DNA of 64,000 bases from an uncultured Niastella sp. (GCA_966211305.1 CBIHPC010000012.1:44-64043), one strand, 5' to 3'. Positions 1 to 9,070 are shown, counted from the stretch's first letter. Notes: generated from the sequence alone by a model not told the origin. A program made the numbers and translations.

Positions 1-112
1 CAAGTGGGTACCAGAATTTGAAGAACTCACCTACCCTCAACCCATGGTTGATCATGAAATGGCACGCAGGCGTTGCCTGGAAACGTATAAGAAAGCGCTG
101 GACAGGGGATAG
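1..112 (+). CDS. 3' end of a deoxyribodipyrimidine photolyase/cryptochrome-family gene (5' part lies outside the window)
   Basis: The frame starting at nt 2 reads KWVPEFEELTYPQPMVDHEMARRRCLETYKKALDRG-stop. This matches the conserved photolyase C-terminus (E. coli Phr ...DYPQPIVEHKEAR...AAY..). A hairpin terminator follows. Confidence 0.7.
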   Translation, partial: KWVPEFEELTYPQPMVDHEMARRRCLETYKKALDRG

Positions 113-113
113 A

Positions 114-151
114 AGGTGTGCTACACTTAAAAAGTGTGGCACACCTTTTTT
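114..151 (+). terminator. Rho-independent terminator between the convergent photolyase and kinase-like genes
   Basis: Stem GGTGTGCTACAC / GTGTGGCACACC (12 bp, one G-U pair), 7-nt loop TTAAAAA, then a TTTTTT run. Confidence 0.75.
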
Positions 152-157
152 GATCTC

Positions 158-1147
158 CTATTCAGGCAACTGATGAAAGCTATACAGCTTCTTTATCACC
201 AGGTTGATATACCGCTTTAAGTAAGTTTCATTCAGGAATGAGTTGGTCCAGTTTTCGAAGCGCTGGCATTGCACGCCGAGATAAAAGAAATACAAACTTA
301 TGCTGGCAACCGGTATCAGTTGCCTTTCTGCTTCAGGAATGGGAGTTACAGATTCATAACCCTTTAAAAAATAACCGAGCTTTAATTCATACATCCCCGG
401 CTCTTTTTCGGTATTGTAGATCTGCATTATGTAATAGGCAAGGTCGTGCAGCAGCCAGCCGTTACCGCAAAAATCAAAATCGAAGATCGTCACCTCTTCA
501 TTGTTATGAATATTCATATTATCGAACCAGATATCGAGATGAACGACACCCTTTCTCAACAAATGCGACGGCGCGTTTAAGTATTGCTGTAACAGGTACG
601 GCTGCACCCGCTGCATCCATTGCATTTCTTCCGTATTGGCAGAAACGAATTGCTTCAGCCATTCAAAAGAATCCATCAGCAGCACCCTGTGGGTGTATTG
701 TACCCGCTGCAGGCTAAGCCCCTCCGTTATCTTGTGCATACGGGCCATAATTACGCCCAGTTTGTAATGAAGGGTTTCAGAAAAGTTAAGTGTCTTCTCG
801 CCTTTTGCATAAGAGAACAACACGCCCATTCGCATGCCTTCAGGCGCGGGAATATGTTGAATGTAATTACCCTTTGGGTTGGGTAAGGCAAATGAAACGG
901 GAATGCCGTTCTCTTTTAACAGATCGAGCAGCTTTAACTCTTCGGCTATTTCTGTATCAGTGCGCCAGTTCAAACTGTATAACCTGAAAACATAGTGCTG
1001 CATACCATCGGTTACCAGGTAAACATGGTTGATGGCTGCACGAATTAAACGACAGGTAGTGCCTGCCCCCAAATGATATTGTTGCTGTAGGTACACAGCC
1101 AGATGCGGGGCCGACAGCGTTGAGCACACAACGGGAAAAGGTTGCAT
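158..1147 (-). CDS. Aminoglycoside-phosphotransferase/homoserine-kinase-II-like (APH, protein-kinase-fold) phosphotransferase
   Basis: 329-aa ORF with the catalytic-loop-like motif VVHLDIWFDN and the metal-binding motif IFDFDFCG, typical of the APH/choline-kinase fold. The substrate cannot be inferred. Confidence 0.7.
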   Translation of the reverse strand: MQPFPVVCSTLSAPHLAVYLQQQYHLGAGTTCRLIRAAINHVYLVTDGMQHYVFRLYSLNWRTDTEIAEELKLLDLLKENGIPVSFALPNPKGNYIQHIPAPEGMRMGVLFSYAKGEKTLNFSETLHYKLGVIMARMHKITEGLSLQRVQYTHRVLLMDSFEWLKQFVSANTEEMQWMQRVQPYLLQQYLNAPSHLLRKGVVHLDIWFDNMNIHNNEEVTIFDFDFCGNGWLLHDLAYYIMQIYNTEKEPGMYELKLGYFLKGYESVTPIPEAERQLIPVASISLYFFYLGVQCQRFENWTNSFLNETYLKRYINLVIKKLYSFHQLPE

Positions 1148-1313
1148 AGATGTTTATTTTTTAATATCAGCGATTTGAAAATACAATCCCGTGAATGGGA
1201 TTATGGGAGCAGAGGCTGATAAAGAAATGGCAGCGTGCAGAAGACCCGGTTAGCAGAAAAGGTCCCGACCTTAAATAGGGGGCGCGAATATAATAACAGT
1301 TTTTGAATTGGGG

Positions 1314-1363
1314 AAGAAAATAAAAATGCCGAACGCTGAAGTGAATTTACTTCGGCGTTCGGC
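1314..1363 (-). terminator. Rho-independent terminator after the lipoprotein gene
   Basis: Arms GCCGAACGCTGAAGT (1328-1342) and ACTTCGGCGTTCGGC (1349-1363). On the minus strand the hairpin is followed by ATTTTTATTTT. Confidence 0.7.
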
Positions 1364-1389
1364 ATTCAGCATTCACTATTCGATATTCT

Positions 1390-1845
1390 TTAGTGCTGCG
1401 CCATTCTGTTGGCGGTGCTGCGCAGTTTGTAGTAATAATCGTCAATATCCTGGCCCGACCTGCCGGTCAATGCAGAACCATATGATTCGGGCTCAACCGA
1501 GTATGTTACACAGGCTTTGTCGTATTTACTGCCCGTTGCGCGGGAGGAGAACCAGGCATGCAGGATCACATCTTTCTTACTCAGGAAAAGTATTTCACCG
1601 GTTGAATCGCATTTGACCTTTTGTTTGGGATCGCGCTTACCGGTGATCAGTTCTTTGTAAATATCAATTTCTGTTTGATCTGTAATTGATTCAGCCAGCG
1701 TATCGCCATGGTTAAAGAATTTAAGCTGAATTTTATCCACATCCTTAAGGAGATCGGCGAAGTATTTTTTGCCTTTGTTCTTTTGTGAAACAGGGCTACA
1801 GGCGACCAATGTGAAAAAGGCTAAACCAAGGGAAACATTTTTCAT
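1390..1845 (-). CDS. Hypothetical lipoprotein
   Basis: I moved the start to the internal Met (MKNVSLGLAFFTLVAC), which gives a signal peptide plus lipobox Cys. It lies 29 nt downstream of mqnD. No recognisable domain. Confidence 0.6.
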   Translation of the reverse strand: MKNVSLGLAFFTLVACSPVSQKNKGKKYFADLLKDVDKIQLKFFNHGDTLAESITDQTEIDIYKELITGKRDPKQKVKCDSTGEILFLSKKDVILHAWFSSRATGSKYDKACVTYSVEPESYGSALTGRSGQDIDDYYYKLRSTANRMAQH

Positions 1846-1940
1846 ATAAATACTTTTACAGCAAGGCACTCGCTTTACAACCATTCGCCCCGGTTCAATG
1901 TGCATTGGCATTCTCCTGTTTTAGCAAAGCGCATACCATA

Positions 1941-2780
1941 CTACTCAACCTTTAAAAAGATATTTTCGGCAGTTGAGTTTACCTGTTTTAATTGCCTGTA
2001 AATATGCAGAAAAGTATTCACTGCCGCTTTACCATCGGGCCCCAATTGCAAAGAATAGTTATTCACATACAGATCGATGTGTTGGCGCATTACCGATTCA
2101 CTCATTTCCTGTGAATGTTGTTTTACATATTCAGTTATAAGCGGATAATTTTTGAACGCAAATTCAAGACTGCGTTTAATGAGGCTATCTACTTTATGTT
2201 GCAGGGCTGTATCGAAGGTTTTCTTCATTACAATACCCCCCAATGGAATGGGATTACCGGTTTGCCGTTCCCAGTATTCACCGAGATCAACCAGTTTGTG
2301 CAATCCTTTCTGCTGATAGGTGAACCGGTTTTCGTGAATGATAACGCCCGCATCAACATCGCCATTCAGCACGGCATCTTCTATTGCCGAGAAGATCATG
2401 AATTTCTTTTTTGCCGCCTGCGGGTATGCCAGTGAGAATAACATATGAGCCGTGGTATGTTCGCCCGGAATGGCAATGGTCATTTCATCCACCGCTTTGT
2501 TTACCGCACCGGCCTGTTTTGTAATTAATAATGGGCCTACTCCTTTACCCAGCGCGCCGCCGGCATTTAATACAAGATATCTTTCAAGTAACAACGGCAG
2601 CACGCCGTAACTGATCTTTGTAATATCCAGCCTGCCCTGCAATGCCCATTCGTTAAGGGTTTGCACATCTTCCAGCACGGGCTCAAATGTGAGGCCTGCG
2701 GTATCGATCTTTTTATTTACGAGCGCATCGAAAATGAATGTGTCGTTTGGGCATGGGGAGAAACCTAGCGTAAGTGTCAT
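1941..2780 (-). CDS. mqnD: 1,4-dihydroxy-6-naphthoate synthase (futalosine pathway)
   Basis: 279 aa. The N-terminal LGFSPCPNDTFIFDAL signature is that of the MqnD branch of the MqnA/MqnD (VitK2_biosynth) family. It lies next to mqnB. Confidence 0.8.
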   Translation of the reverse strand: MTLTLGFSPCPNDTFIFDALVNKKIDTAGLTFEPVLEDVQTLNEWALQGRLDITKISYGVLPLLLERYLVLNAGGALGKGVGPLLITKQAGAVNKAVDEMTIAIPGEHTTAHMLFSLAYPQAAKKKFMIFSAIEDAVLNGDVDAGVIIHENRFTYQQKGLHKLVDLGEYWERQTGNPIPLGGIVMKKTFDTALQHKVDSLIKRSLEFAFKNYPLITEYVKQHSQEMSESVMRQHIDLYVNNYSLQLGPDGKAAVNTFLHIYRQLKQVNSTAENIFLKVE

Positions 2781-2881
2781 TATAACTATATACTTTATTA
2801 TGTGGTTTTATTAATACGTTGCAGATTACGGGTTACAGGGCCTGCCCCGCGAAGCCGGGTACGGTTACCGGTTTCTTTTAT

Positions 2882-3547
2882 TTACATAGCATTATCAAAA
2901 TCACCACTCACAATTTGAACCAATTTTTCATTCAGTTGCTCAATCGCCTCCTTCATTTTCCATTTACTTTTATCGCGTTCGCCAACAAAGTTCGATATGG
3001 CGCGCAATTGCATATATGGAATTTTTTCCATCAATGCTATATAATGAAAAGCTGCGCCTTCCATCGACTCAACAACCGGCCGGTATTTTTGTTGCAGTTG
3101 CCGGATCCTTTCAGGGCGGGTGGTGATCTCGCTGATGGTAACCGCTTTTACCAGGGGTAATTTCTGTTGCTGCAGCAGATCGATATGGTTATTGAGAAGA
3201 CCTTTATCTGAATAAGGGTCAGTGATCCGGGGCAGTCCCAAATCGAACACATCTTTAAATTCATTATTCTCCTCCACGCCAAGGTCGCCGCTCACTTCTT
3301 CGTTTACCAGCACCAGGCATCCCGGCGGATAATCGGTAGAAAAGCTGCCGCCTATTCCGGCCTGAATGATGATACCGGGCCGTTTTTTCTCAATGGCTTT
3401 GGTAAGCCAGTAAGCCGTGCTCATACTGCCGATGCCCGCTATCAGCACATCGAAACGGTTGCTGCCAATAATATGATCCCTGTTGGACAAAAAGTTTATA
3501 GTGGGTTGAATTTCAAAGCTTGTAGCAGCTAAAAGCAAAATATCCAT
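2882..3547 (-). CDS. mqnB: Futalosine hydrolase (nucleoside phosphorylase superfamily)
   Basis: 221 aa. The PNP_UDP_1-like pattern is present (ILLLAATSFE, LIAGIGS, IIQAGIGGS), and the gene is adjacent to mqnD. Confidence 0.7.
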   Translation of the reverse strand: MDILLLAATSFEIQPTINFLSNRDHIIGSNRFDVLIAGIGSMSTAYWLTKAIEKKRPGIIIQAGIGGSFSTDYPPGCLVLVNEEVSGDLGVEENNEFKDVFDLGLPRITDPYSDKGLLNNHIDLLQQQKLPLVKAVTISEITTRPERIRQLQQKYRPVVESMEGAAFHYIALMEKIPYMQLRAISNFVGERDKSKWKMKEAIEQLNEKLVQIVSGDFDNAM

Positions 3548-3867
3548 GGTACAAAGCTAAGGGGAGAAAGGCAAGTATCAGGTTACAAGTTTCTGGTTAC
3601 AGGGCCATAATTCACAGCCGGTAATTAAAGACACGCTATCATGGTCAGGCCCCCTGCCCCTGCACCTTTTGCCTTCCGCCATGTGCCTTTGCCATTGAGC
3701 CTTTGCTTCTCTTTTATGCCTTTTTCCATTCTGCCTTTTGCCCTCTGTTTTTTGCCTTTAGCTTCTTGCCTTCGCCTTTTTCACTTTGTGCCTTTGTCCA
3801 GACCTTCCGCCTTTATCCCTTAAATTCTCCATCCTGTACCCATAACCACCATCCCGGGCCTTATTCA

Positions 3868-3899
3868 TTGACGCTTCTGCCTGCTATATCTTACCTTTG
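3868..3899 (+). promoter_or_regulatory. Bacteroidota sigma-A type promoter for the PTPS/folE cluster
   Basis: TTG (3868-3870), 21-nt spacer, TACCTTTG (3892-3899, a perfect TAnnTTTG -7 box), 22 nt upstream of the ATG at 3921. Confidence 0.55.
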
Positions 3900-3920
3900 C
3901 GGCAAATTTTCACGACAACA

Positions 3921-4331
3921 ATGGTGTATCTGACTCGTGTTGAACACTTTAATGCCGCCCATAAATTGTACAACCCCAGGTGGAGCAAGGAACGGAATGA
4001 AGAGGTTTTTGGAAAATGTGCCAACGAGAACTGGCATGGCCACAATTACGAACTGTATGTAACCGTAAAAGGCCGTCCCAATCCCGATACCGGGTTCGTG
4101 TGCGATGTGAAAGCGCTGAGCCGCATTATTAATCAATACGTAACTGAACAATTGGACCATAAAAACCTTAATGTAGATGTGCCGTTCATGAAGGACCAGC
4201 TTTGTTCTACCGAAAACCTGGCCATTGCCATCTGGAAGCAATTGGAGCCCCATATACCGGCCGGTGTGCAACTGCATGGCATTAAGCTATATGAAACACC
4301 CCGCATTTTTGTGGAGTATTTCGGGGAATAG
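3921..4331 (+). CDS. 6-pyruvoyl-tetrahydropterin synthase family protein, paralog A (active-site loop C-ANENW-HGH)
   Basis: I moved the start to MVYLTRVEHFNAAHKL. The PTPS signature is FNAAHKLYNP...GKCANENWHGHNYEL...LDHKNLN. Confidence 0.85.
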   Translation: MVYLTRVEHFNAAHKLYNPRWSKERNEEVFGKCANENWHGHNYELYVTVKGRPNPDTGFVCDVKALSRIINQYVTEQLDHKNLNVDVPFMKDQLCSTENLAIAIWKQLEPHIPAGVQLHGIKLYETPRIFVEYFGE

Positions 4332-4404
4332 GCAGGTTGTCGTAATTGTCGTGCGCCCGACATACATACATTTAAATGCGTTTTTACTTTGTATTTTCAA
4401 TAAC

Positions 4405-4821
4405 ATGAGCAGAAAAGTAGCTGTTTACCGAAAGGAACATTTTAACGCGGCCCACCGCTTATATAATCCTGCCTGGGATATGGCTAAGAACGATGCCGTG
4501 TTTGGCAAATGCAACAATCCCAGCTTTCATGGCCATAATTATGAAATAGTGGTGAAAGTAACCGGCGAGCCCGATCCGGAAACCGGTTATGTGATGGACA
4601 TGAAAATATTAAGCGAGCTCATCAGGGACCATGTGCTTGAAAAGTTCGATCATAAGAACCTTAACCTCGATACCGAATACTTCAAAACACTGAACCCGAC
4701 GGCTGAAAATATTTGCGTGGTGATCTACGATCTGTTACGTGAACAAATTGATGCAAAGCTCGACCTGCAGGTGCGGTTGTACGAAACAGAAAGGAATTTT
4801 GTAGAGTATCCGGCGCAATAA
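4405..4821 (+). CDS. 6-pyruvoyl-tetrahydropterin synthase family protein, paralog B (loop C-NNPSF-HGH, eukaryote-PTPS-like)
   Basis: I moved the start to the ATG at 4405 (MSRKVAVYRKEHFNAAHRLYNP). Motifs GKCNNPSFHGHNYEI and FDHKNLNLD are present. The upstream part of the tracked ORF overlaps paralog A and was discarded. Confidence 0.85.
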   Translation: MSRKVAVYRKEHFNAAHRLYNPAWDMAKNDAVFGKCNNPSFHGHNYEIVVKVTGEPDPETGYVMDMKILSELIRDHVLEKFDHKNLNLDTEYFKTLNPTAENICVVIYDLLREQIDAKLDLQVRLYETERNFVEYPAQ

Positions 4822-4903
4822 CAGGTGGCTAACCAGGCGTTCAGCGTTTGGTGTTTAGCGTTTGGCGTTTTGCATTCAGCGTTCAGCATTATAAAATAAA
4901 TCA

Positions 4904-5506
4904 ATGGAAATGGCTTACAAAAAAATTGACCAATATGAAGATAAGATCATGCCGGGACTGATTCATCATTACCGCGAAACCCTTTCGCTGTTGGGTGAAG
5001 ATCCCGAGCGGGAAGGATTAGTTAAAACGCCGGAACGGGTTGCCAAGGCAATGCAATACATGACGCAGGGGTATGAAATGGATGCAAGGGCTATTTTAAA
5101 TTCAGCCAAGTTCAAAGAGAACGTAAGCGAAATGATCCTGGTTAAGGACATTGAATTATACAGCCTGTGCGAGCACCATATACTGCCTTTCTTCGGTAAA
5201 GCGCATATTGCCTATATTCCCAATGGCTATATTACCGGTTTAAGCAAACTGGCCCGGGTGGTTGATGTATATGCCCGGCGCCTGCAGGTACAGGAACGGC
5301 TTACCACCCAAATACTCGATGCCATAAAAGAAACCCTGCAACCCCTTGGCGTGGCAGTGGTTATTGAGGCATCGCACCTGTGTATGATGATGCGGGGAGT
5401 ACAAAAACAAAACTCCGTAACCACTACTTCGGCCTTCTGGGGCGAGTTTGAAAAAAATGAAACCCGCAGCGAGTTCACCAAACTGATTTCATCGCGGTTA
5501 CATTAA
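4904..5506 (+). CDS. folE: GTP cyclohydrolase I
   Basis: 200 aa with [19 protein letters not shown] and HLCMMMRGV, the canonical FolE motifs. Confidence 0.9.
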   Translation: MEMAYKKIDQYEDKIMPGLIHHYRETLSLLGEDPEREGLVKTPERVAKAMQYMTQGYEMDARAILNSAKFKENVSEMILVKDIELYSLCEHHILPFFGKAHIAYIPNGYITGLSKLARVVDVYARRLQVQERLTTQILDAIKETLQPLGVAVVIEASHLCMMMRGVQKQNSVTTTSAFWGEFEKNETRSEFTKLISSRLH

Positions 5507-5589
5507 TATTAAGTCTGACATATAGGTCGGCGGTCCGACACGGACGGCGGAAGAAGAAATCTGAAAGAAAAAAATTTAATTAAAACACA

Positions 5590-5626
5590 GGGTGGGCCTG
5601 ACTTTGAGGGCAGTTCCACCCTTTTC
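5590..5626 (+). terminator. Possible terminator after folE
   Basis: GGGTGG(GCC)...(GGC)AGTTCCACCC followed by TTTTCT. The loop is long and bulged, so this is a weak call. Confidence 0.4.
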
Positions 5627-5704
5627 TACCTCCTGCCCCCTACTTCTTTTTGGATAGTTAAAACCTTTGTGGCATTTTTGTTTTTTAAACCCCTTTTTTA
5701 CATT

Positions 5705-6595
5705 ATGACACATGCTTTTGTGTTCCCGGGACAGGGCTCTCAGTTTCCGGGCATGGGAAAAGACCACTATGAAAACAGCGCTTTTGCGAAAAGATTATTT
5801 GAACAGGCGAATGAAATTGTGGGGTTTCGTATTTCGGATATCATGTTTAACGGCACTGAAGAAGATCTGAAACAAACCAGGGTAACCCAACCCGCCATTT
5901 TTCTTCATTCCGTGATCGCATTTAAAAGTATTGATAATGCACGTCCCGAAATGGTTGCCGGTCATTCACTGGGCGAGTTTTCGGCATTGGTAGCGAATGG
6001 CGTATTGAGCTTTGAAGATGGATTGAAACTGGTAAGCATCCGGGCAACGGCCATGCAAAAAGCCTGTGAAAGCAATCCCTCAACCATGGCGGCCGTACTG
6101 GGTCTCGATGACGCCAAAGTTGAAGAGATCTGCGCTCAGATTCAGGAAGAAACCGACGAAGTGGTTGTACCGGCGAACTATAATTGCCCGGGCCAGCTGG
6201 TTATCAGCGGCAGCATCAAAGGTATAGAAGTTGCCATCGAGCGGCTGAAAGCTGCCGGCGCCAAACGCGCACTGGTTTTACCGGTAAGCGGTGCTTTTCA
6301 CTCACCACTGATGGAACCTGCCAAAGCCGAATTATCGAAAGCAATTGAAGCTACCACGTTCTATCATCCTAATTGCCCTGTTTATCAAAACGTTGTGGCT
6401 AAAGCCGTAGGCAATAAAGAAGATATCAAACAAAATCTTATCGATCAACTCACAAGCGCTGTGAAGTGGACCCAGAGTATCAAAACTATGATCACCGATG
6501 GCGGCGACCATTTTACCGAATGCGGTCCCGGTAAAGTATTACAGGGCCTTATTGGTAAAATCGACAAAAAGGTCACCACCGATGGTGTTAGCTAA
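5705..6595 (+). CDS. fabD: Malonyl-CoA:ACP transacylase
   Basis: Start at MTHAFVFPGQGSQFPGMG. The active-site GHSLGE motif and a conserved C-terminal half are present. Confidence 0.9.
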   Translation: MTHAFVFPGQGSQFPGMGKDHYENSAFAKRLFEQANEIVGFRISDIMFNGTEEDLKQTRVTQPAIFLHSVIAFKSIDNARPEMVAGHSLGEFSALVANGVLSFEDGLKLVSIRATAMQKACESNPSTMAAVLGLDDAKVEEICAQIQEETDEVVVPANYNCPGQLVISGSIKGIEVAIERLKAAGAKRALVLPVSGAFHSPLMEPAKAELSKAIEATTFYHPNCPVYQNVVAKAVGNKEDIKQNLIDQLTSAVKWTQSIKTMITDGGDHFTECGPGKVLQGLIGKIDKKVTTDGVS

Positions 6596-6674
6596 ACAAG
6601 GTATAAAGGCACAAGTAAAACCCTATGTAATCGTTACCCCGCTTAATCTGCAAACTGCAAATTACAAGTAATGC

Positions 6675-6709
6675 AAAAGAGGATCAACTTAACCAGATGA
6701 TCCTCTTTT
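6675..6709. terminator. Bidirectional rho-independent terminator (fabD and the S41 peptidase gene are convergent)
   Basis: AAAAGAGGATCA (6675-6686) pairs with TGATCCTCTTTT (6698-6709). An A-run lies upstream and a T-run downstream, so it can work on both strands. Confidence 0.8.
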
Positions 6710-6731
6710 GTATTTATGGCATCAACTCGTT

Positions 6732-6766
6732 GCCTTTATGCCTTTATGCCTTTTTTATGCCTTTAT
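6732..6766. repeat. GCCTTTAT word stutter (about 4 copies) running into the S41 stop codon
   Basis: The sequence is tgcctttatgcctttatgccttttttatgcctttat. The same GCCTTT word family occurs at 3650-3822. Confidence 0.8.
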
Positions 6767-8076
6767 CTAATCATTCCCCTGAACCTGGGCTGCCCCATGC
6801 GGGCATTGAGGTTTAATACTTCTTCGGTTAAACTGAGCCGTTGCTGCGGCGAAACAGCCATCCTGGCAAAGCTGCCGTTATTGATATAATACAGTACCGA
6901 GCTCAAACATTGCTCTCCTGCATCGCCCCAGTCTTTATCGAGCCCATCTGCCACCTGGTGGCTGAGGTTTAACCCGTTAAAATAATTGCCTTCACCATTT
7001 TTGTTTATCGTACGGAACGATACGGGAAAAATGTACCAGTCAAAAACCGGAATGGGATAAAAACCAACCGGTTTGCCGTGCGTACGGGTAGGCCCTACCA
7101 GGTGAACATCCATATAAGGCACCAGGCTGTTGATCAGCAGCTCACTCGCCGAAGCGGTGCTCTGACTTACAATAAAGAACAGCCTGTTGAGATCGAGGTT
7201 TCCTTTTTTATTGAAATTCTCCGTAACGTTGAATGATTTATACCGGTCGTTAAACTCTTCGGTAAGCATTACCTGCTGGTTGCCGGCCGATGGAACCAGG
7301 TAGTTGGCCAGCAGGTTTTGTACCGACACATATCCCCCGCCGTTATAACGAAGATCAACCACCACATCCTGTACATGCTCATTGCTGAACTTTTCGAAGA
7401 TGCGGGCAAACCCATCCCTGATCTCAGAAGTATCGCCAAGAAATGAATTGAAAACAAAATAACCGGTTTTGGTGCTGCCGGTGGTATACACGGTATCGAA
7501 TAATAAGGGATGTTCTTTGTACGATGAGGCCTTCAGTGCAATGGTTGTATCAGCTGCGTTGGAACGCCCAAACAAAAAAGTGCCTGTTGTACTTTGATAA
7601 ACAGCCTGAATTATCCCCGCCGCATTGCCTGAGTTTATATTCCCGTTCCCATTGATCTGCTTAATATGCCAGCTGCGTTTGATACCAGCCTTACCCGCCG
7701 GCGATTCGGGTTCTACATATGATACCCGCAGATCTGAATTGGTGAAAAAAAAGACGTTCATACCAAAGTCACCGCCAATACCGGAGCTAAGCTTGTCCCA
7801 TTCGCTTTTCAACATGGCGAAACTCCAGCGATCGACCGGTGTATTGAAACCGGGTTCTTCGCTAAAAGCCCGGATGCCATGCATAACCCCGTCGGGGTCA
7901 GAGAACCCGTGTGCATCAAATGATCCTGGAATGTTATTGTACCAGAGATAGATATCACGCGCATAATTTGCAGCGGTGTCGTTCTTGACCTCACGGCTGA
8001 TAACGTCATGATTTTTTCTGCAGCTAACCACAGAAAGCCCGATAAAAATTACAGCGCCTGCTACAATCGTTTTCAT
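6763..8076 (-). CDS. S41-family (C-terminal processing/tail-specific-like) peptidase lipoprotein
   Basis: 437 aa. Lipobox LSVVSC, a PDZ-like segment (PAGKAGIKRSWHIKQING) and S41 core motifs VVDLRYNGGGY and SASASELLINSL. Confidence 0.75.
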   Translation of the reverse strand: MKTIVAGAVIFIGLSVVSCRKNHDVISREVKNDTAANYARDIYLWYNNIPGSFDAHGFSDPDGVMHGIRAFSEEPGFNTPVDRWSFAMLKSEWDKLSSGIGGDFGMNVFFFTNSDLRVSYVEPESPAGKAGIKRSWHIKQINGNGNINSGNAAGIIQAVYQSTTGTFLFGRSNAADTTIALKASSYKEHPLLFDTVYTTGSTKTGYFVFNSFLGDTSEIRDGFARIFEKFSNEHVQDVVVDLRYNGGGYVSVQNLLANYLVPSAGNQQVMLTEEFNDRYKSFNVTENFNKKGNLDLNRLFFIVSQSTASASELLINSLVPYMDVHLVGPTRTHGKPVGFYPIPVFDWYIFPVSFRTINKNGEGNYFNGLNLSHQVADGLDKDWGDAGEQCLSSVLYYINNGSFARMAVSPQQRLSLTEEVLNLNARMGQPRFRGMIR

Positions 8077-8314
8077 ACTAGAACCTGAACTTTTTTCTAT
8101 GTGACCGGTATCGATTATAAAGTTGCCAATTCAGTGGAATATTTCATAGAGGAGAAGGTAAAACCCTGATAACTTTAACAAGTTACAAATAATTGAGGAA
8201 AAGGTTGGGCAGGGAAAATGTTAAGTTTTGGGCAGGGAATTTGGAATTGGGAAGTAGGGATGGGAAAAAAAATGCGATCTGGATTTTAGGAATTTGAGGC
8301 ATGAAGTAAGATGT

Positions 8315-8371
8315 AAGAAGTAGGAAATACAGAAAACCCGGGGCTTTCCTGCTTCATATTTCCTACTTCTT
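8315..8371. repeat. Perfect 14-bp inverted repeat (hairpin) just downstream of the GNAT gene
   Basis: AAGAAGTAGGAAAT (8315-8328) pairs with ATTTCCTACTTCTT (8358-8371). The 29-nt loop contains CCCGGGG. No T-run follows, so this is not a canonical intrinsic terminator. Confidence 0.6.
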
Positions 8372-8381
8372 TCTTCCTATT

Positions 8382-8831
8382 TTAAACCGTTATACTACAA
8401 TTGATCCACTCGGGATCAAAGCCTGCCTTGTACTTTTTATAGAAGTTGATAGCGGGCTCGTTCCACTCCAGTACCTGCCAGGTTATTCCATGGAAACCTT
8501 TTTCTTTCGCCTCTATAATCAATTGATCGAAAAGCATTTTGCCCAATCCTTTGCCCCGCATTTTTTCGGTAACGATCAGGTCTTCGAGGTACATTCGCTG
8601 GCCCTTCCAGGTACTGTAGCGAATGTAATACATGGCAAATCCTTCAACCTGTCCGTCGGCTTCGGCCACAAAAGCCCACCAAACCGGTTGCTTCCCAAAT
8701 CCGCTTTCTACAAAATGCTCCATACTAACCGTTACTTCATGCGCCGCTTTTTCATATACAGCCAATTCATGAATGAGTTCGAGTAACCTTGCACAATCTT
8801 CTTTTACAGCACGACGAATTTTTATTTCCAT
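8382..8831 (-). CDS. GNAT-family N-acetyltransferase (spermidine/diamine acetyltransferase-like)
   Basis: I moved the start to MEIKIRRAVKED. The acetyl-CoA binding motif is RGKGLGKMLF, and the C-terminus reads NEPAINFYKKYKA. Confidence 0.8.
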   Translation of the reverse strand: MEIKIRRAVKEDCARLLELIHELAVYEKAAHEVTVSMEHFVESGFGKQPVWWAFVAEADGQVEGFAMYYIRYSTWKGQRMYLEDLIVTEKMRGKGLGKMLFDQLIIEAKEKGFHGITWQVLEWNEPAINFYKKYKAGFDPEWINCSITV

Positions 8832-8908
8832 ATATGTTTTTAGTGAATGTGATAAAACTTTATTCAACAGTACTTTGTTGCCGGTTTCCGGGCGTTCCGG
8901 TAACCGGC

Positions 8909-9070
8909 TTACCTGGAACCGGCACCTTTTACAATCCTGCCGGGTTTGGCACCGGAGTGTTCGCCATCTCTTAGCACCACTACCCCATTTACCAGTACAT
9001 GTGTTACCCCCGTGGCAAACAGGTGTGGTTTATCGCCCCATGTTTTCGCCCTCACCCTATTGTTTTTAGT
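8909..9070 (-). pseudogene. Possible relic of the C-terminus of a D-aminoacylase/amidohydrolase-type gene
   Basis: An open frame of 53 codons with no ATG start reads ...HLFATGVTHVLVNGVVVLRDGEHSGAKPGRIVKGAGSR-stop. It resembles the conserved G-I-x-x-V-x-VNG-x-x-V-x-x-x-G-x-x-TG-x-x-PGR-x-L tail of N-acyl-D-amino-acid deacylases. No upstream part of such a gene is present. Confidence 0.3.

Noticed and set aside
158-1147. Calling the APH-fold kinase an aminoglycoside resistance gene.
   Set aside because: The fold motifs alone do not define the substrate, and many family members are homoserine, fructosamine or methylthioribose kinases. There is no mobile or resistance context.
3641-3933. Two overlapping plus-strand ORFs (60 and 76 aa) rich in Pro, Phe, Leu, Ser and Cys.
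   Set aside because: They are translations of the GCCTTT polypyrimidine word tract, and the low complexity follows directly from the DNA repeat. The true PTPS start is the ATG at 3921, downstream of a good promoter.
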